Part shown: positions 29,718 through 39,173 of the stretch, one piece after another | Numbering within the stretch: position 1 is the first letter of the stretch | How the letters are laid out: each line of letters starts with the position of its first letter | DNA from: Patescibacteria group bacterium | Lineage (GTDB): Bacteria > Patescibacteriota > JACMRA01 | Direction: 5' to 3' | Assembly: GCA_038751365.1 (NCBI GenBank) | Contig: JBCDGH010000001.1 | Location: forward strand, 2,851 to 66,850 | DNA length: 64,000 nt | Notes under the pieces: generated by a model | Seen by the model: only the letters and a program-made list of their open reading frames with translations | Told to the model about the DNA's origin: nothing | Databases searched by the model: none | Position numbers and translations under genes: made by a program

Positions 29718-30347
29718 ATGTTCGACTTCTTTCACAAAAATAAAAACAAAAATACAACTACCGTAAACCCTTCTCAGTATGCGAATCAGCAAGCACAAAT
29801 CCAAGATTCCTCTCAAACTCAGCCTACACCCCAAAGCTATAGCCAAGCTCCTTACAAACAACTACCTAATTTGCCAGTTACTCCCCCTGCAAGTAATCCG
29901 AATACAATTCAAACCCCGTATCAAAATAATTTTCAAGCCAAGGTTAATACTCAAGCTGCGAAAGTAGATCCTAATAGTAGTCTCACTTCAACTGATAACT
30001 CCCAATCTGTACACGCAGCAGCCGAAAACATTGAGAAGATTTTTAATGATCAAGAGATTCAGACGCTACAGTTTGTTAATCATTTGGTATTAGCTATTAC
30101 TGGATATAGCCCTTTTGATATTGATATTAGTGAGAGGGAAAGTGTAGTTAATAATTGTGTGCAAATATTTAGTGATTATTTAACAAAATACGTAGAGTTA
30201 CGATATGGCACTCAAGATGCAACTAGACTCAAAGCAAGTCAAAAGTTCTCTGATACCAATGTCTTTAGTAAGTTTGCTGAATTGGGTCCTAAGTTTGATG
30301 AGGCTTATAACTCATTTATGACTCTTGTGGAGCAACAACCTATTTAA
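29718..30347 (+). CDS. Hypothetical protein, Gln/Pro-rich N-terminal half (N-terminus MFDFFHKNKNKN)
   Basis: The gap to the upstream ORF is 13 nt. Low-complexity Q/P/T segment, then a helical C-terminal domain. Confidence 0.5.
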   Translation: MFDFFHKNKNKNTTTVNPSQYANQQAQIQDSSQTQPTPQSYSQAPYKQLPNLPVTPPASNPNTIQTPYQNNFQAKVNTQAAKVDPNSSLTSTDNSQSVHAAAENIEKIFNDQEIQTLQFVNHLVLAITGYSPFDIDISERESVVNNCVQIFSDYLTKYVELRYGTQDATRLKASQKFSDTNVFSKFAELGPKFDEAYNSFMTLVEQQPI

Positions 30348-30421
30348 GGAAAAGTGATATTCATAAGAAGCTCACACACACAAGATCAAAAAACTAAAAC
30401 AAAAACAAACTAAAAACAAAT

Positions 30422-33118
30422 ATGTTCAAATATCAGGCTAGTAGTAAATTTATAAGAGACAAGGTTGCCTTTTTGCAAGAGAGCGTTCCTAAACCAGTTA
30501 GCTCAGGAGTGCAAAAACCCGGTGAGTCGAGCTCTATAGCTCTTAGGAAAAAGCTAGAAGCTCAAAGATCACAGCTCAAAAATGAAGTTCAAACTAACTC
30601 AAAATCCATTAGAGAAGAACAAATACCAAGTCAGTACCAAGTCGTTGACCAAACTCCAGAATCTGGTATTCAGCCTAATATTGAAGCTGTAAGCTCCACT
30701 GAGCAACTAAATCAAACGATAAAAGCACAAATACAGTCTCTCAATAAAAGCCTAGAAGCTACTGATAATAATGTCCGAGCTAAGGTTTTTGAACAGGTAC
30801 AGCAGCAAATAGCTAATCTACAGAGTGGAGGTATAGAGGAACAAAAAATAACTGAAGCGATTACAGAGGAAAAGAAAAAAAATAAAGAAAAAGGTCTAGG
30901 TTTTTTGAAAGGGTTGAAAGATAAGGCTAGCGGTTTATGGAGTAAATTACTTCCTAAATTGCCACTTACTCCTAATCAGGTTAAAGTTTTAGGGTTGGCA
31001 ACAACCGCTGCTGGACTGGGATTATTGGCAGTTTATGGCTCTCCCCTTTTAGCAATACATTTAACAGGAAGCACTATGGCAGCAGGTACTTTAGGTTCTT
31101 ATACTCTTGGTGGTCTAGGAACTGGATTCTTAGGCACCTCAGCAGCAAGTTTAGCTGCAGTCCCATATGCTTCAGCATTTGCCACAGGTGTAGGAGCTGC
31201 TACTACAACCGTTGGTGGTATAGTTGCTGCCTTTAAAAATAAAATTGCTCTCAAAAATCCAGAAAATAGTTCTCCGGCTTCAGTATCTGTTGAAGAACCT
31301 GTTGCTCAGCCTACTACGATGTCCCAAGCTGTTGCAAACACGCCTTCACCAGTAGAACCAAATACTCCTCCAAGAGTGGTAGTTCCAACTCAGGAACGAT
31401 ATCAAGCTCAGTCTAATTTAAGTATTGGTAGAGAGAAACTAAAGCCTAAGAATTTAGAAAAATCAATCAATATTCCTCTTGGGTTTGAATCAAATGATGT
31501 TTTAGAGTCTCTGAATATAAATATTTTACCAGTAGGCGCTAAAATTGCTCTAAATGTAACTGTTGATGGTAAAAATGCTAAAACTAATGCAACAGTAGTA
31601 AAGGGTGTGGATGGTCAAAATATTCTAAAGTTGCCTATAGCAGAAAACGCTTTTGTTAAGATTTCATCCACTAATGCTGATAATAAAGTAGAAACAGGAG
31701 TGGTATCCAAAGGACAAGATTTTGTACTTACTTACGAGGACGGGCAGAAATGGCAAATAACTTTAAATAGCTTCGAAATTCAAGAAAAAGCAAAACCTGT
31801 AAGTGGAGAAGCTAGTGTAGCAATAAACACAGACACGCCTGAATTTAAGGAAATAAACAATCTAGATAAAGTCGAAAAGAGTTTATTCGAATATAAAAGC
31901 TCTCAGGGAGATATTAAAAATCAAGTTGAAGCTATTAATAAATCAATCAAAATACTTAATGATTCAGGTTTAGACACAAAAGACTTGAAAGAAAAGCAGA
32001 AGAATTTAGAGCTCAAGACTCAGCCTTTAAGAGGGCAAGTAATTAAAGACATTGTACCTATAGCTAGTGATCTCAATAAAGCCATTTCTATCAAAGCTGA
32101 GGATAGGACAGAAGTTCAAAAGCAACAAGCCAAACTATACAATGACTTACAACAAGAAGGGTTTATAGTCGGAGGTGGTACCAAACAGAACGATGCTGCA
32201 ATGATAAGTGAGTCTCCAGCTATTATTGAGAAAAAAGTAGTAGAGCCTGAATCAAAAGAGGTTACAGAAAGTTCAGTAGAGCAGAAAGAGTCGGGAACAC
32301 CTAATGTCAAACAAACAATACAGAACTTCGAACTACTTAAAAATACTTTTGAAAATGAGAATGAAGCTCTGAGTAAAATGGTAGATGATACTATCGAATC
32401 TCTGGATGAATTAGCCAAACAGCAAGATCCCAAAACTAGCACTAACGAAATTCTAGGTTTACCTGAGACGGATGGTATTGCTAAGAGAGAAGATCTAGTG
32501 AGAGCAAGCCTACTATTTGGAGATATAGCTGAAAGTAAAGTACAGGACCCTGAATTAAAATTTCTCACTCAAACTAGTCAATCTTTTGAGGAAGGTGTAA
32601 AAAGTAACCCTTCAACTAAGATTTTAATTGGTTATAGAGGGGCTGGCTATGACAACTTACATAGACTAGTAGAGAACTTATCTCAGGCTAAGCTATTTAT
32701 GAAAATAAAAGACACAAATGATAAAATTACTGAATTAAATAAAAATAAGGAATTAGGTAAAGACATTGGTCGCGATCAACTACTAGAAATAAGCTTAGAT
32801 ATTCTTAGTGGTGATCCTGTGGATATATCTAGTGATATTATTCAGATGCTTGTGGAGAAAAAGCCGTCTCTAGTAAGCTTTTTGACAAAGCAAAACCTTG
32901 AAGATTTGTATAATAATAAATCTAATTTATACTCATATGAAAGAGATGAGCTGTTAAAGCTCCCTGAGTATATCTCTAAACTGCTTCAGAATGAGAGTTT
33001 TGATGAAATACCTGATCCTGACCAAAGCCCTACAAAGAACACAGAAAAATCAAAAGTCACTAACTTAGAAGAATTTAAAAAGAAAAAAGAAATAAAAGAA
33101 CCTATCCAAGCAGCTTAG
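30422..33118 (+). CDS. Large (898 aa) coiled-coil membrane protein with a Gly/Ala-rich hydrophobic segment
   Basis: Coiled N-terminal region. Segment LGLATTAAGLGLLAVYG...GTLGSYTLGGLGTGFLGTSAASLAAVPYASAFATGVGAATTTVGGIVAAF lies at about 30977-31247. A beta-rich middle part and a long helical/acidic C-terminal part follow. Confidence 0.6.
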   Translation: MFKYQASSKFIRDKVAFLQESVPKPVSSGVQKPGESSSIALRKKLEAQRSQLKNEVQTNSKSIREEQIPSQYQVVDQTPESGIQPNIEAVSSTEQLNQTIKAQIQSLNKSLEATDNNVRAKVFEQVQQQIANLQSGGIEEQKITEAITEEKKKNKEKGLGFLKGLKDKASGLWSKLLPKLPLTPNQVKVLGLATTAAGLGLLAVYGSPLLAIHLTGSTMAAGTLGSYTLGGLGTGFLGTSAASLAAVPYASAFATGVGAATTTVGGIVAAFKNKIALKNPENSSPASVSVEEPVAQPTTMSQAVANTPSPVEPNTPPRVVVPTQERYQAQSNLSIGREKLKPKNLEKSINIPLGFESNDVLESLNINILPVGAKIALNVTVDGKNAKTNATVVKGVDGQNILKLPIAENAFVKISSTNADNKVETGVVSKGQDFVLTYEDGQKWQITLNSFEIQEKAKPVSGEASVAINTDTPEFKEINNLDKVEKSLFEYKSSQGDIKNQVEAINKSIKILNDSGLDTKDLKEKQKNLELKTQPLRGQVIKDIVPIASDLNKAISIKAEDRTEVQKQQAKLYNDLQQEGFIVGGGTKQNDAAMISESPAIIEKKVVEPESKEVTESSVEQKESGTPNVKQTIQNFELLKNTFENENEALSKMVDDTIESLDELAKQQDPKTSTNEILGLPETDGIAKREDLVRASLLFGDIAESKVQDPELKFLTQTSQSFEEGVKSNPSTKILIGYRGAGYDNLHRLVENLSQAKLFMKIKDTNDKITELNKNKELGKDIGRDQLLEISLDILSGDPVDISSDIIQMLVEKKPSLVSFLTKQNLEDLYNNKSNLYSYERDELLKLPEYISKLLQNESFDEIPDPDQSPTKNTEKSKVTNLEEFKKKKEIKEPIQAA

Positions 33119-33371
33119 TAAGTCGATAAATCTGGTAAGCGTCAAATTTTAGTGTAAAATTATATCGTAAATTAGTCTAACCTCTCCCTATAAGATATCC
33201 TAAACAATTTAACTTCATTTATATGAGTTGAGCGCAGATTATTGACCAACTATAAAATTTATGCTTTTTTTAGTCATTGCAGCGTTTCGTTGCAAGTAGA
33301 TTTACAGATCAATCTAGAGAGATTATCAAGGACAATCAGATGATAATAATTACCAAGAATGGATTACTGCA

Positions 33372-34499
33372 TTGGAAATTTTAGAAAACGGAGATAGTAA
33401 AAAGTTTCTAGAAGTTTCAAAAAGAATGCTCGATTTAACAAATCAATTCGACATTTCATTTTTTGAAGCTATAAATAAAGGCTTAACTGATTCCGATTCA
33501 CTTAATAGGTGGATATTTTCGCTTGATCCAAGTTATAATAATTTGGTAATATGGTTTGCTCCAGTAATGCTCAATAATTCGATTAAATATGTTTGGATGG
33601 TTGGTAAATTTGATAGAGAAGTGCTTACTGTACGTAAAATGATAGATAACGCTTATCCAAAATTTAAATATAGTAGCTTACTTAGCTGCCCTGTTTTACC
33701 TCCATATCTAGGATATGTATCTACTATTGCAACCTCAACTTGGCAAGAAACATTAGATACAACAGGATCTGGAGAAGATTTTGCGATATTTCAAGTTTCT
33801 TACAACGGTGCAGACGATAGAAAAGATATAGACCAACTTATGGTTTTGAATTCTAAGTACTTAGTTTCATCAATTCTTGACACAGAAACAGCATTAACAA
33901 AAGTTTGTGATGAAAGCACGTTAGACTACATAAAGACAAGCGTGTTTCCAAGACTTAACTTGTTAACTAAACTGCATACTGAACTTCATAACATTGCTCA
34001 CTTTTGTGGAGATTGGATTTTTGACGAAACAAAGGATATTCACGAATACGAGGCAATAGAGGAGTACAGAGCTTGCTTAGGTGCCATTTTTTTATCGAAA
34101 TATACTAGTCTAGATAAAGATACTCGTATTGCATTCGCAGTTCTTGTTGTAATAACTCGCATTTTTAAATATGGACTAGAAGGTATAAACAATACCGAGA
34201 AAACTAGACAAGTAATTCGAGAAATTACTGTAGCTATTTTCTTTTTGGAAGACTTATTGCTGAGTAAATCAATTGAGATAACTTTGCAAGGTAAAGGTGA
34301 GGTTCGTTTTAGTATAAACTTAGAACTACTATTGGATAGTATAGACCAATCACTGAACAAAATATGCAAATATGAAAGTGAAAACAAGGCTATAGGAAAA
34401 TCGGCGCTGGTACGTTTTGCAGTTAATGAGTACTCTCGAGTTTATCCAAACAAACAGCTATCCGAAAAAGCTTATAGTTTGTACAAAAAAATTTCTTGA
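33372..34499 (+). CDS. Hypothetical protein (375 aa)
   Basis: Long ORF. The start is uncertain: TTG at 33372 or ATG at 33426. No recognised domain. Confidence 0.5.
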   Translation: MEILENGDSKKFLEVSKRMLDLTNQFDISFFEAINKGLTDSDSLNRWIFSLDPSYNNLVIWFAPVMLNNSIKYVWMVGKFDREVLTVRKMIDNAYPKFKYSSLLSCPVLPPYLGYVSTIATSTWQETLDTTGSGEDFAIFQVSYNGADDRKDIDQLMVLNSKYLVSSILDTETALTKVCDESTLDYIKTSVFPRLNLLTKLHTELHNIAHFCGDWIFDETKDIHEYEAIEEYRACLGAIFLSKYTSLDKDTRIAFAVLVVITRIFKYGLEGINNTEKTRQVIREITVAIFFLEDLLLSKSIEITLQGKGEVRFSINLELLLDSIDQSLNKICKYESENKAIGKSALVRFAVNEYSRVYPNKQLSEKAYSLYKKIS

Positions 34500-34583
34500 C
34501 TATACTTAAATTAGGTGCTTATATCTAGATTAGAGTAATTTATTTACAGTTACTCTGATAGTATAGAAATAGTAGAGGTTATC

Positions 34584-34730
34584 ATGACAAAGCAAAAAAC
34601 CATTGAGTCTTTAACACCTTTCGCAAAAGAAGTGAAAAGCAAAGACTCAAAGTTCAAGAGTGGTAACTTGTTCACTTCCGCTAACCCGGTAAAAAGTGAT
34701 GCACCATTAAATCCAAGTCAGTCAATTTAG
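34584..34730 (+). CDS. Unannotated 48-aa peptide gene
   Basis: AGAGGT SD 4 nt before the ATG. Hand translation: MTKQKTIESLTPFAKEVKSKDSKFKSGNLFTSANPVKSDAPLNPSQSI*. A strong terminator follows directly. Confidence 0.5.
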   Translation: MTKQKTIESLTPFAKEVKSKDSKFKSGNLFTSANPVKSDAPLNPSQSI

Positions 34731-34753
34731 TTTCTGAACACTCTCATCTAATC

Positions 34754-34789
34754 TTAACTATAGCCACACTAATTCTTACGAGAATAGTG
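34754..34789 (+). terminator. Rho-independent terminator
   Basis: CCACACTAATTCT / AGAATAGTGTGG stem (one bulge) followed by a T7 run. Confidence 0.75.
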
Positions 34790-34916
34790 TGGTTTTTTTG
34801 TAGATTAAAAAGTTTACTGAAAAAAGTCGATAAGAGCATTGTTTTAGATTTTGCATTATAGATATGACGCTTCTCTTAAATTTGCAAACAAAATAAATTC
34901 AATTCAAAACCTAAAT

Positions 34917-35684
34917 ATGAGTATAATTAGAGCTCAAAACTTGAATCGAAGTTTTAGTATTAAAGTTAAAGGTCAGAAGGATAAATTAAGTATTCAAGCT
35001 CTTGATAAAATCAACTTAGTAGTTACTAAGCCTACCATATTAACAATAGTTGGTGCAAACGGTGCAGGTAAAACAACTTTAATTAAGTTAATGCTTGGCT
35101 TAATAAAGCCTACATCTGGTAAAATATTAGTATTTGATCAACTTCCTGAAAAAAGAAACCAAGCTTATCTAAAAAATATAGGCTTTGTCTCAGGCCAAAA
35201 GAGAATTCTGAATCAAGACCTTACCCCGTTTGATTCTATATATGTTAGTTCATTATTTTATGATATCAGTTCAGACGAAATCATTAAAAATTTCGACTAT
35301 TTTTGCGATGTTTTTAGCGTTCAACACAGAAAAAATGTTCCGGTAAGGAAGCTATCACTCGGTGAAACAATAAAATTTGAAATTATTGCTTCTATAATAC
35401 ATAAACCTAAAATTTTGTTTCTCGACGAACCTACAATTGGGCTAGATTTTGAAGCCCAGGAGTCAATAATAGAGATTCTGAAAACTTATCACGAACAGAA
35501 CCAAAGTACGATCGTTTTAACTTCACACTACATAAAAGACATAAAGTCTCTTTCCAAAGAGTTGCTTATTTTAGAAAAAGGTAATTCTATATACTCTGGT
35601 AGTTACTTAAACTTTTTAAACTCTAATAACAGTAACAGTGAATTTATCAAGAAATTCAAAAGTGAACTGAATAAATATGACTGA
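34917..35684 (+). CDS. ABC transporter ATP-binding protein
   Basis: Start moved to the ATG at 34917 (MSIIRAQNLNRSF). Motifs GANGAGKTT, LSLGETIKFEIIAS and ILFLDEPTIGLD. It overlaps the next ORF by 8 nt. Confidence 0.8.
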   Translation: MSIIRAQNLNRSFSIKVKGQKDKLSIQALDKINLVVTKPTILTIVGANGAGKTTLIKLMLGLIKPTSGKILVFDQLPEKRNQAYLKNIGFVSGQKRILNQDLTPFDSIYVSSLFYDISSDEIIKNFDYFCDVFSVQHRKNVPVRKLSLGETIKFEIIASIIHKPKILFLDEPTIGLDFEAQESIIEILKTYHEQNQSTIVLTSHYIKDIKSLSKELLILEKGNSIYSGSYLNFLNSNNSNSEFIKKFKSELNKYD

Positions 35685-36495
35685 AATAATTAAATATGAG
35701 CGGATATTAGGCAAGACCCTATATAAGTGGTTTGCACTGTTATACTTACACTTTAAATCTTTTGCTAACTATAGGGTTAATATAGTTTCATATTTGTTTA
35801 GCCAGTTTTTAACTATAGCAGGAACACTGATCATTTGGTACTACAGCATAAGTAACGGTGTTGAAAGTATAGAATTTAAAGAGATAGTCAGTTATTATCT
35901 TATCGGTCAAATATTTTTAATAAAAATTACTCCACAGTGGTCTATCTCTGAAGATATACAGTATGGAAACTTTTCTAATAAGCTTCTTAAACCAGAAAGT
36001 GTATGGATAAGTTACATAGTAGAAGACCTAGGTGTTAACCTATTTACTAACTTCATTAAAATTATACTATCAGTTGCAGTGGCGTTAATATTTTTTAGCT
36101 ATATAGTATTACCTTCAAATCCGTTAACTTATTTGTTGTTTTTAGTTTCGATTTTGTTAGCCTTTATAATTTCTATATTAATCAACTTTATTTTTAGTTT
36201 TATTACTTTTTATGTAGTTAACTCTCATGGAATTTTGGAGTTACTTGGTCAGGCTCAAAGATTTTTTTCTGGATGGCTCTTTCCGTTAGATATAATTTCA
36301 CTTACAAGAATATTTACATTTTTACCTTTTGCATTTACATACTATTATCCAGTACAGATCTTCTTAGAAAGACAGACAATTGAACAATCGGTTCAGAATT
36401 TAGGTTTTGGATTTTTGAGTATTTTTATTTTGTTTTTTGTATGTCACTCAATTTATCACAATGGGTTAAAACAATATGAAAGTATAGGACTTTAA
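35677..36495 (+). CDS. ABC-2 type transporter permease
   Basis: Six hydrophobic helices, translationally coupled to the ATPase; overall ABC-2 membrane-subunit architecture. Confidence 0.6.
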   Translation: MTEIIKYERILGKTLYKWFALLYLHFKSFANYRVNIVSYLFSQFLTIAGTLIIWYYSISNGVESIEFKEIVSYYLIGQIFLIKITPQWSISEDIQYGNFSNKLLKPESVWISYIVEDLGVNLFTNFIKIILSVAVALIFFSYIVLPSNPLTYLLFLVSILLAFIISILINFIFSFITFYVVNSHGILELLGQAQRFFSGWLFPLDIISLTRIFTFLPFAFTYYYPVQIFLERQTIEQSVQNLGFGFLSIFILFFVCHSIYHNGLKQYESIGL

Positions 36496-36681
36496 AACTA
36501 GAAGGTAAAAGATTATTGACCCCTAGGGAATGTTATGCTATGTTTAGCGTGCAATTTACAGGTAAATATAAGTGGTGAATAACAAGCCTCAAGAAGCTAT
36601 CTCTGAGTTTGAACTAAATTTTCAGCTTGAGTCTACTCTTTACTTGAATAATTTGAAAAAAGTAAAGAGAACTTTGATGAA

Positions 36682-37824
36682 TTGGCAGTTAAACTCTTTA
36701 ATGAGTACTGTTGTACTAAAAAACGTTCTAAGCCAAAGAATGAAGTTTATGTTCTGATAAGTGCAGCTTCTCACGAAGAAGGAGAAAATATTGGAAGAAC
36801 ATTAAAATTACTTGAGGAGCAAAATATAAACCAAGATGAATATTTGATAGTTGTATTTTGTAACAAGCCATTCAACGCTATAGACATTACGACTAGCTAT
36901 ATTGATCAAAAAATTTGTAACCTGATTAACATTGGTCATAGTTGGAGTAAAGAAGAGTTACCAATGGTAAACATGGGAAGGGTAAAAAAAGTAAACGCCG
37001 ACTTTGCTATGCTGCTAGCTGCATCTCATAACGCCTTAGATCCAATTTTTATTAGCCTGGATGCGGACATTATAAATTGCTCTAAGTCACTGGTTGAGAC
37101 TTACACTAGAATGTTTAGATCAAATGATCAACCTTTCTCAATTTTAGGTAAAGTTGATTGGGATAAGTATGAAATTAACGATCTCTTTAGGGTTGGTATT
37201 AGAATATTTCAGTACATTGATGCTTTCGATAGACACGCAGGCAGCACCAGCAATAATCTCTTAGCAAAGTTTCCGCGTGTAATTGAGTCCAATGGGTGTA
37301 ATTTTGCATTTAAAGGTTCAGTATATTGCAAAGTAAACGGCTTTGACCCCAAACAAGATTTACAAAATTGTATAGTCGGTTGTGAAGCTGATTTTGGTTA
37401 TCGTTTACAAGATATATACCACCCTTATCAAGCTATGAAATATGGAGGTAAAGGAACTTATGTCGTAACATCAAGTCGCAGAGGTGTAATTACATTCAAT
37501 AATGGGCTTGCTCCACATGAAATGTGGCGTTCTTGGGGAAAGCTTGGTAGTGAAGGTCGAAAATTAGAAATTTTAAAACCTTTCAAGGCAAGCCAAGATC
37601 CTGTTCGATTTCAACTAGAATCAGAGAGGATCTTCAATAGAACAATTTCATCCAATTTTGGTGAAAACTGTCTGACAGGTTCACAAAAAGAAATTTACTC
37701 TGAATTAGTGAAAAAACTAGCTTTGTTAATGGGGTTCAAGGTAGAAACAAAATCTTCATATGTAACAATAGTTAATGTGGATAAGATTCTACAGAGACTT
37801 AATGAGTTATTAATTAGAGAATAA
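36682..37824 (+). CDS. GT2-like glycosyltransferase (putative)
   Basis: VYVLISAASHEEGENIGRTLKLLEEQ...YLIVVFCN and SLDADII (DxD-like). The only in-frame start is the TTG at 36682, so the N-terminus is uncertain. Confidence 0.45.
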   Translation: MAVKLFNEYCCTKKRSKPKNEVYVLISAASHEEGENIGRTLKLLEEQNINQDEYLIVVFCNKPFNAIDITTSYIDQKICNLINIGHSWSKEELPMVNMGRVKKVNADFAMLLAASHNALDPIFISLDADIINCSKSLVETYTRMFRSNDQPFSILGKVDWDKYEINDLFRVGIRIFQYIDAFDRHAGSTSNNLLAKFPRVIESNGCNFAFKGSVYCKVNGFDPKQDLQNCIVGCEADFGYRLQDIYHPYQAMKYGGKGTYVVTSSRRGVITFNNGLAPHEMWRSWGKLGSEGRKLEILKPFKASQDPVRFQLESERIFNRTISSNFGENCLTGSQKEIYSELVKKLALLMGFKVETKSSYVTIVNVDKILQRLNELLIRE

Positions 37825-38169
37825 TTTTCTAATTAACCATATTTGTAAATTTACAGCCTTTGTATCAATATGGGGGCTTTTTTTATGTTTGGTTGTGACT
37901 AATGCTTTCTATACTCAAGTGAAGCTATTGACTTTTTAACCCAATGGAACTCCCCGTACGTAAGTGCAGGGGTTGTCTATTTAAATTAAATAATCTTAAC
38001 CATGAACACAATTATTCTAGCTTTAACCTACGGATTTGTACATTACAAAAGTAATTCATCTACCTATTCCAGACTTACTTTCAACAGCTGGTTGATTGTC
38101 ATAATCTTTTTTTGTGCAAGATCGAAATTATTGAAGTTTATTTTTTATCTTATCTCGCATCTGTGTTAC

Positions 38170-39078
38170 TTATTTCTGACAGACTTTGCAATATACAGTT
38201 GTTCTGCCTGCTAGCTGTATTTTCTCTAAAATAGTACCACAAACAAAACATTTCTCTCCTCCTCTACCGTACACCTTATGCTCATGAGCATAGTTACCTC
38301 TGCTACCGTCCGCTAGCAAGTAATTGGCTACTGAAGAACCGCCTAGCTGAACTGCTAAGGGTAAGATACGCTTGATAGCATTATACAAGGATTCTATCTC
38401 AGCTTTTTTTAGTGATTTTATAGTTCTCATAGGGCGTACGCCAGCTTCAAAACAAACCTCGTCAGCATAAATATTTCCTAGTCCTACAACTGCTTTTTGG
38501 TCTAAAAAGACTTTCTTCAATACTCCAGTGCGTAGTTTAAGTTGAGTTCTAAAACTTTCTAAACTAAAATCTTCGTCTAAAGGTTCTAAACCAAGAGTCT
38601 TGAAATGCTCAGCTTTGTCCATGTCTACTTGAGACGGATAGTATAATAAATAACCAAATTGCCTAACATCGTTATAAAACAAAGTACCATTATCGAGCTT
38701 CAGAATAACATAACTATGTTTATTCGGTAGTTTGCTTTCACTATCTTTGATTGGGTGACCTCCCCAAATAGGTTTTTTGCCACTAGAATCATGATCTCCT
38801 TGAAAAACTAGCTGACCAGTCATTTTCAAATGTACAAGTAGTAAACCATTATTATCTAAATGAAATATTAGGTTCTTTGCTCTTCTGGTAATATTAGTTA
38901 TTTTGGAGTCTGTTAAACCTTCGATAAATTCCTGTGTCTTTACTTTTGATGATTTTCTGGCTGTACCTGAGGATGAAACTAGTTTAGGGAGCAAAACTTC
39001 TACATTCTTAATAGTCTGTCCTGTTACATAGGGTAACAAACTTCGTCTTAAACTTTCTACTTCAGGTAGCTCTGGCAT
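38170..39078 (-). CDS. mutM: Formamidopyrimidine-DNA glycosylase (Fpg/MutM)
   Basis: Start set at MPELPEVE (39078). C-terminal zinc finger CFVCGT....GRTTVYCKVCQ. Confidence 0.85.
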   Translation of the reverse strand: MPELPEVESLRRSLLPYVTGQTIKNVEVLLPKLVSSSGTARKSSKVKTQEFIEGLTDSKITNITRRAKNLIFHLDNNGLLLVHLKMTGQLVFQGDHDSSGKKPIWGGHPIKDSESKLPNKHSYVILKLDNGTLFYNDVRQFGYLLYYPSQVDMDKAEHFKTLGLEPLDEDFSLESFRTQLKLRTGVLKKVFLDQKAVVGLGNIYADEVCFEAGVRPMRTIKSLKKAEIESLYNAIKRILPLAVQLGGSSVANYLLADGSRGNYAHEHKVYGRGGEKCFVCGTILEKIQLAGRTTVYCKVCQK

Positions 39079-39173
39079 ATAATTATATTTGCTATAAGAT
39101 ATGATCATAGTCAAATAAAGATAGTAAATATGTACAAATTGACTACTATTCAAGATTGCGTTTTTAGATATAT

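Noticed and set aside
30373-30382. (CA)5 microsatellite followed by an A-rich leader upstream of the 898-aa gene
   Set aside because: It is too short to be a meaningful repeat or switch. A-rich leaders without an SD are common upstream of genes in this window.
32116-32568. 150-aa minus-strand ORF inside the 898-aa gene
   Set aside because: It lies antisense to a long, compositionally coherent ORF, and its Ser/Leu/Cys-rich composition is typical of antisense translation. The same reasoning applies to 3585..3830, 6055..6243, 6331..6585, 6853..7047, 9852..10046, 10513..10818, 12657..12878, 14072..14296, 17137..17319, 17578..17781, 18567..18968, 19137..19400, 22544..22732, 22821..23048, 23079..23318, 26788..27048, 28612..28797, 29779..29967, 34040..34387, 39540..39818, 40878..41069, 42621..42821, 43399..43653, 43657..43911, 45344..45529, 48280..48519, 49138..49335, 50044..50229, 50502..50714, 50678..50878, 50689..50871, 52213..52413, 57312..57548 and 58355..58540.
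38002-38214. 70-aa plus-strand ORF between the GT2-like gene and mutM
   Set aside because: It overlaps the 3' end of mutM, has no SD, and has a Phe/Leu/Ile/Cys/Tyr-rich composition expected from AT-rich non-coding DNA. I kept it unannotated.
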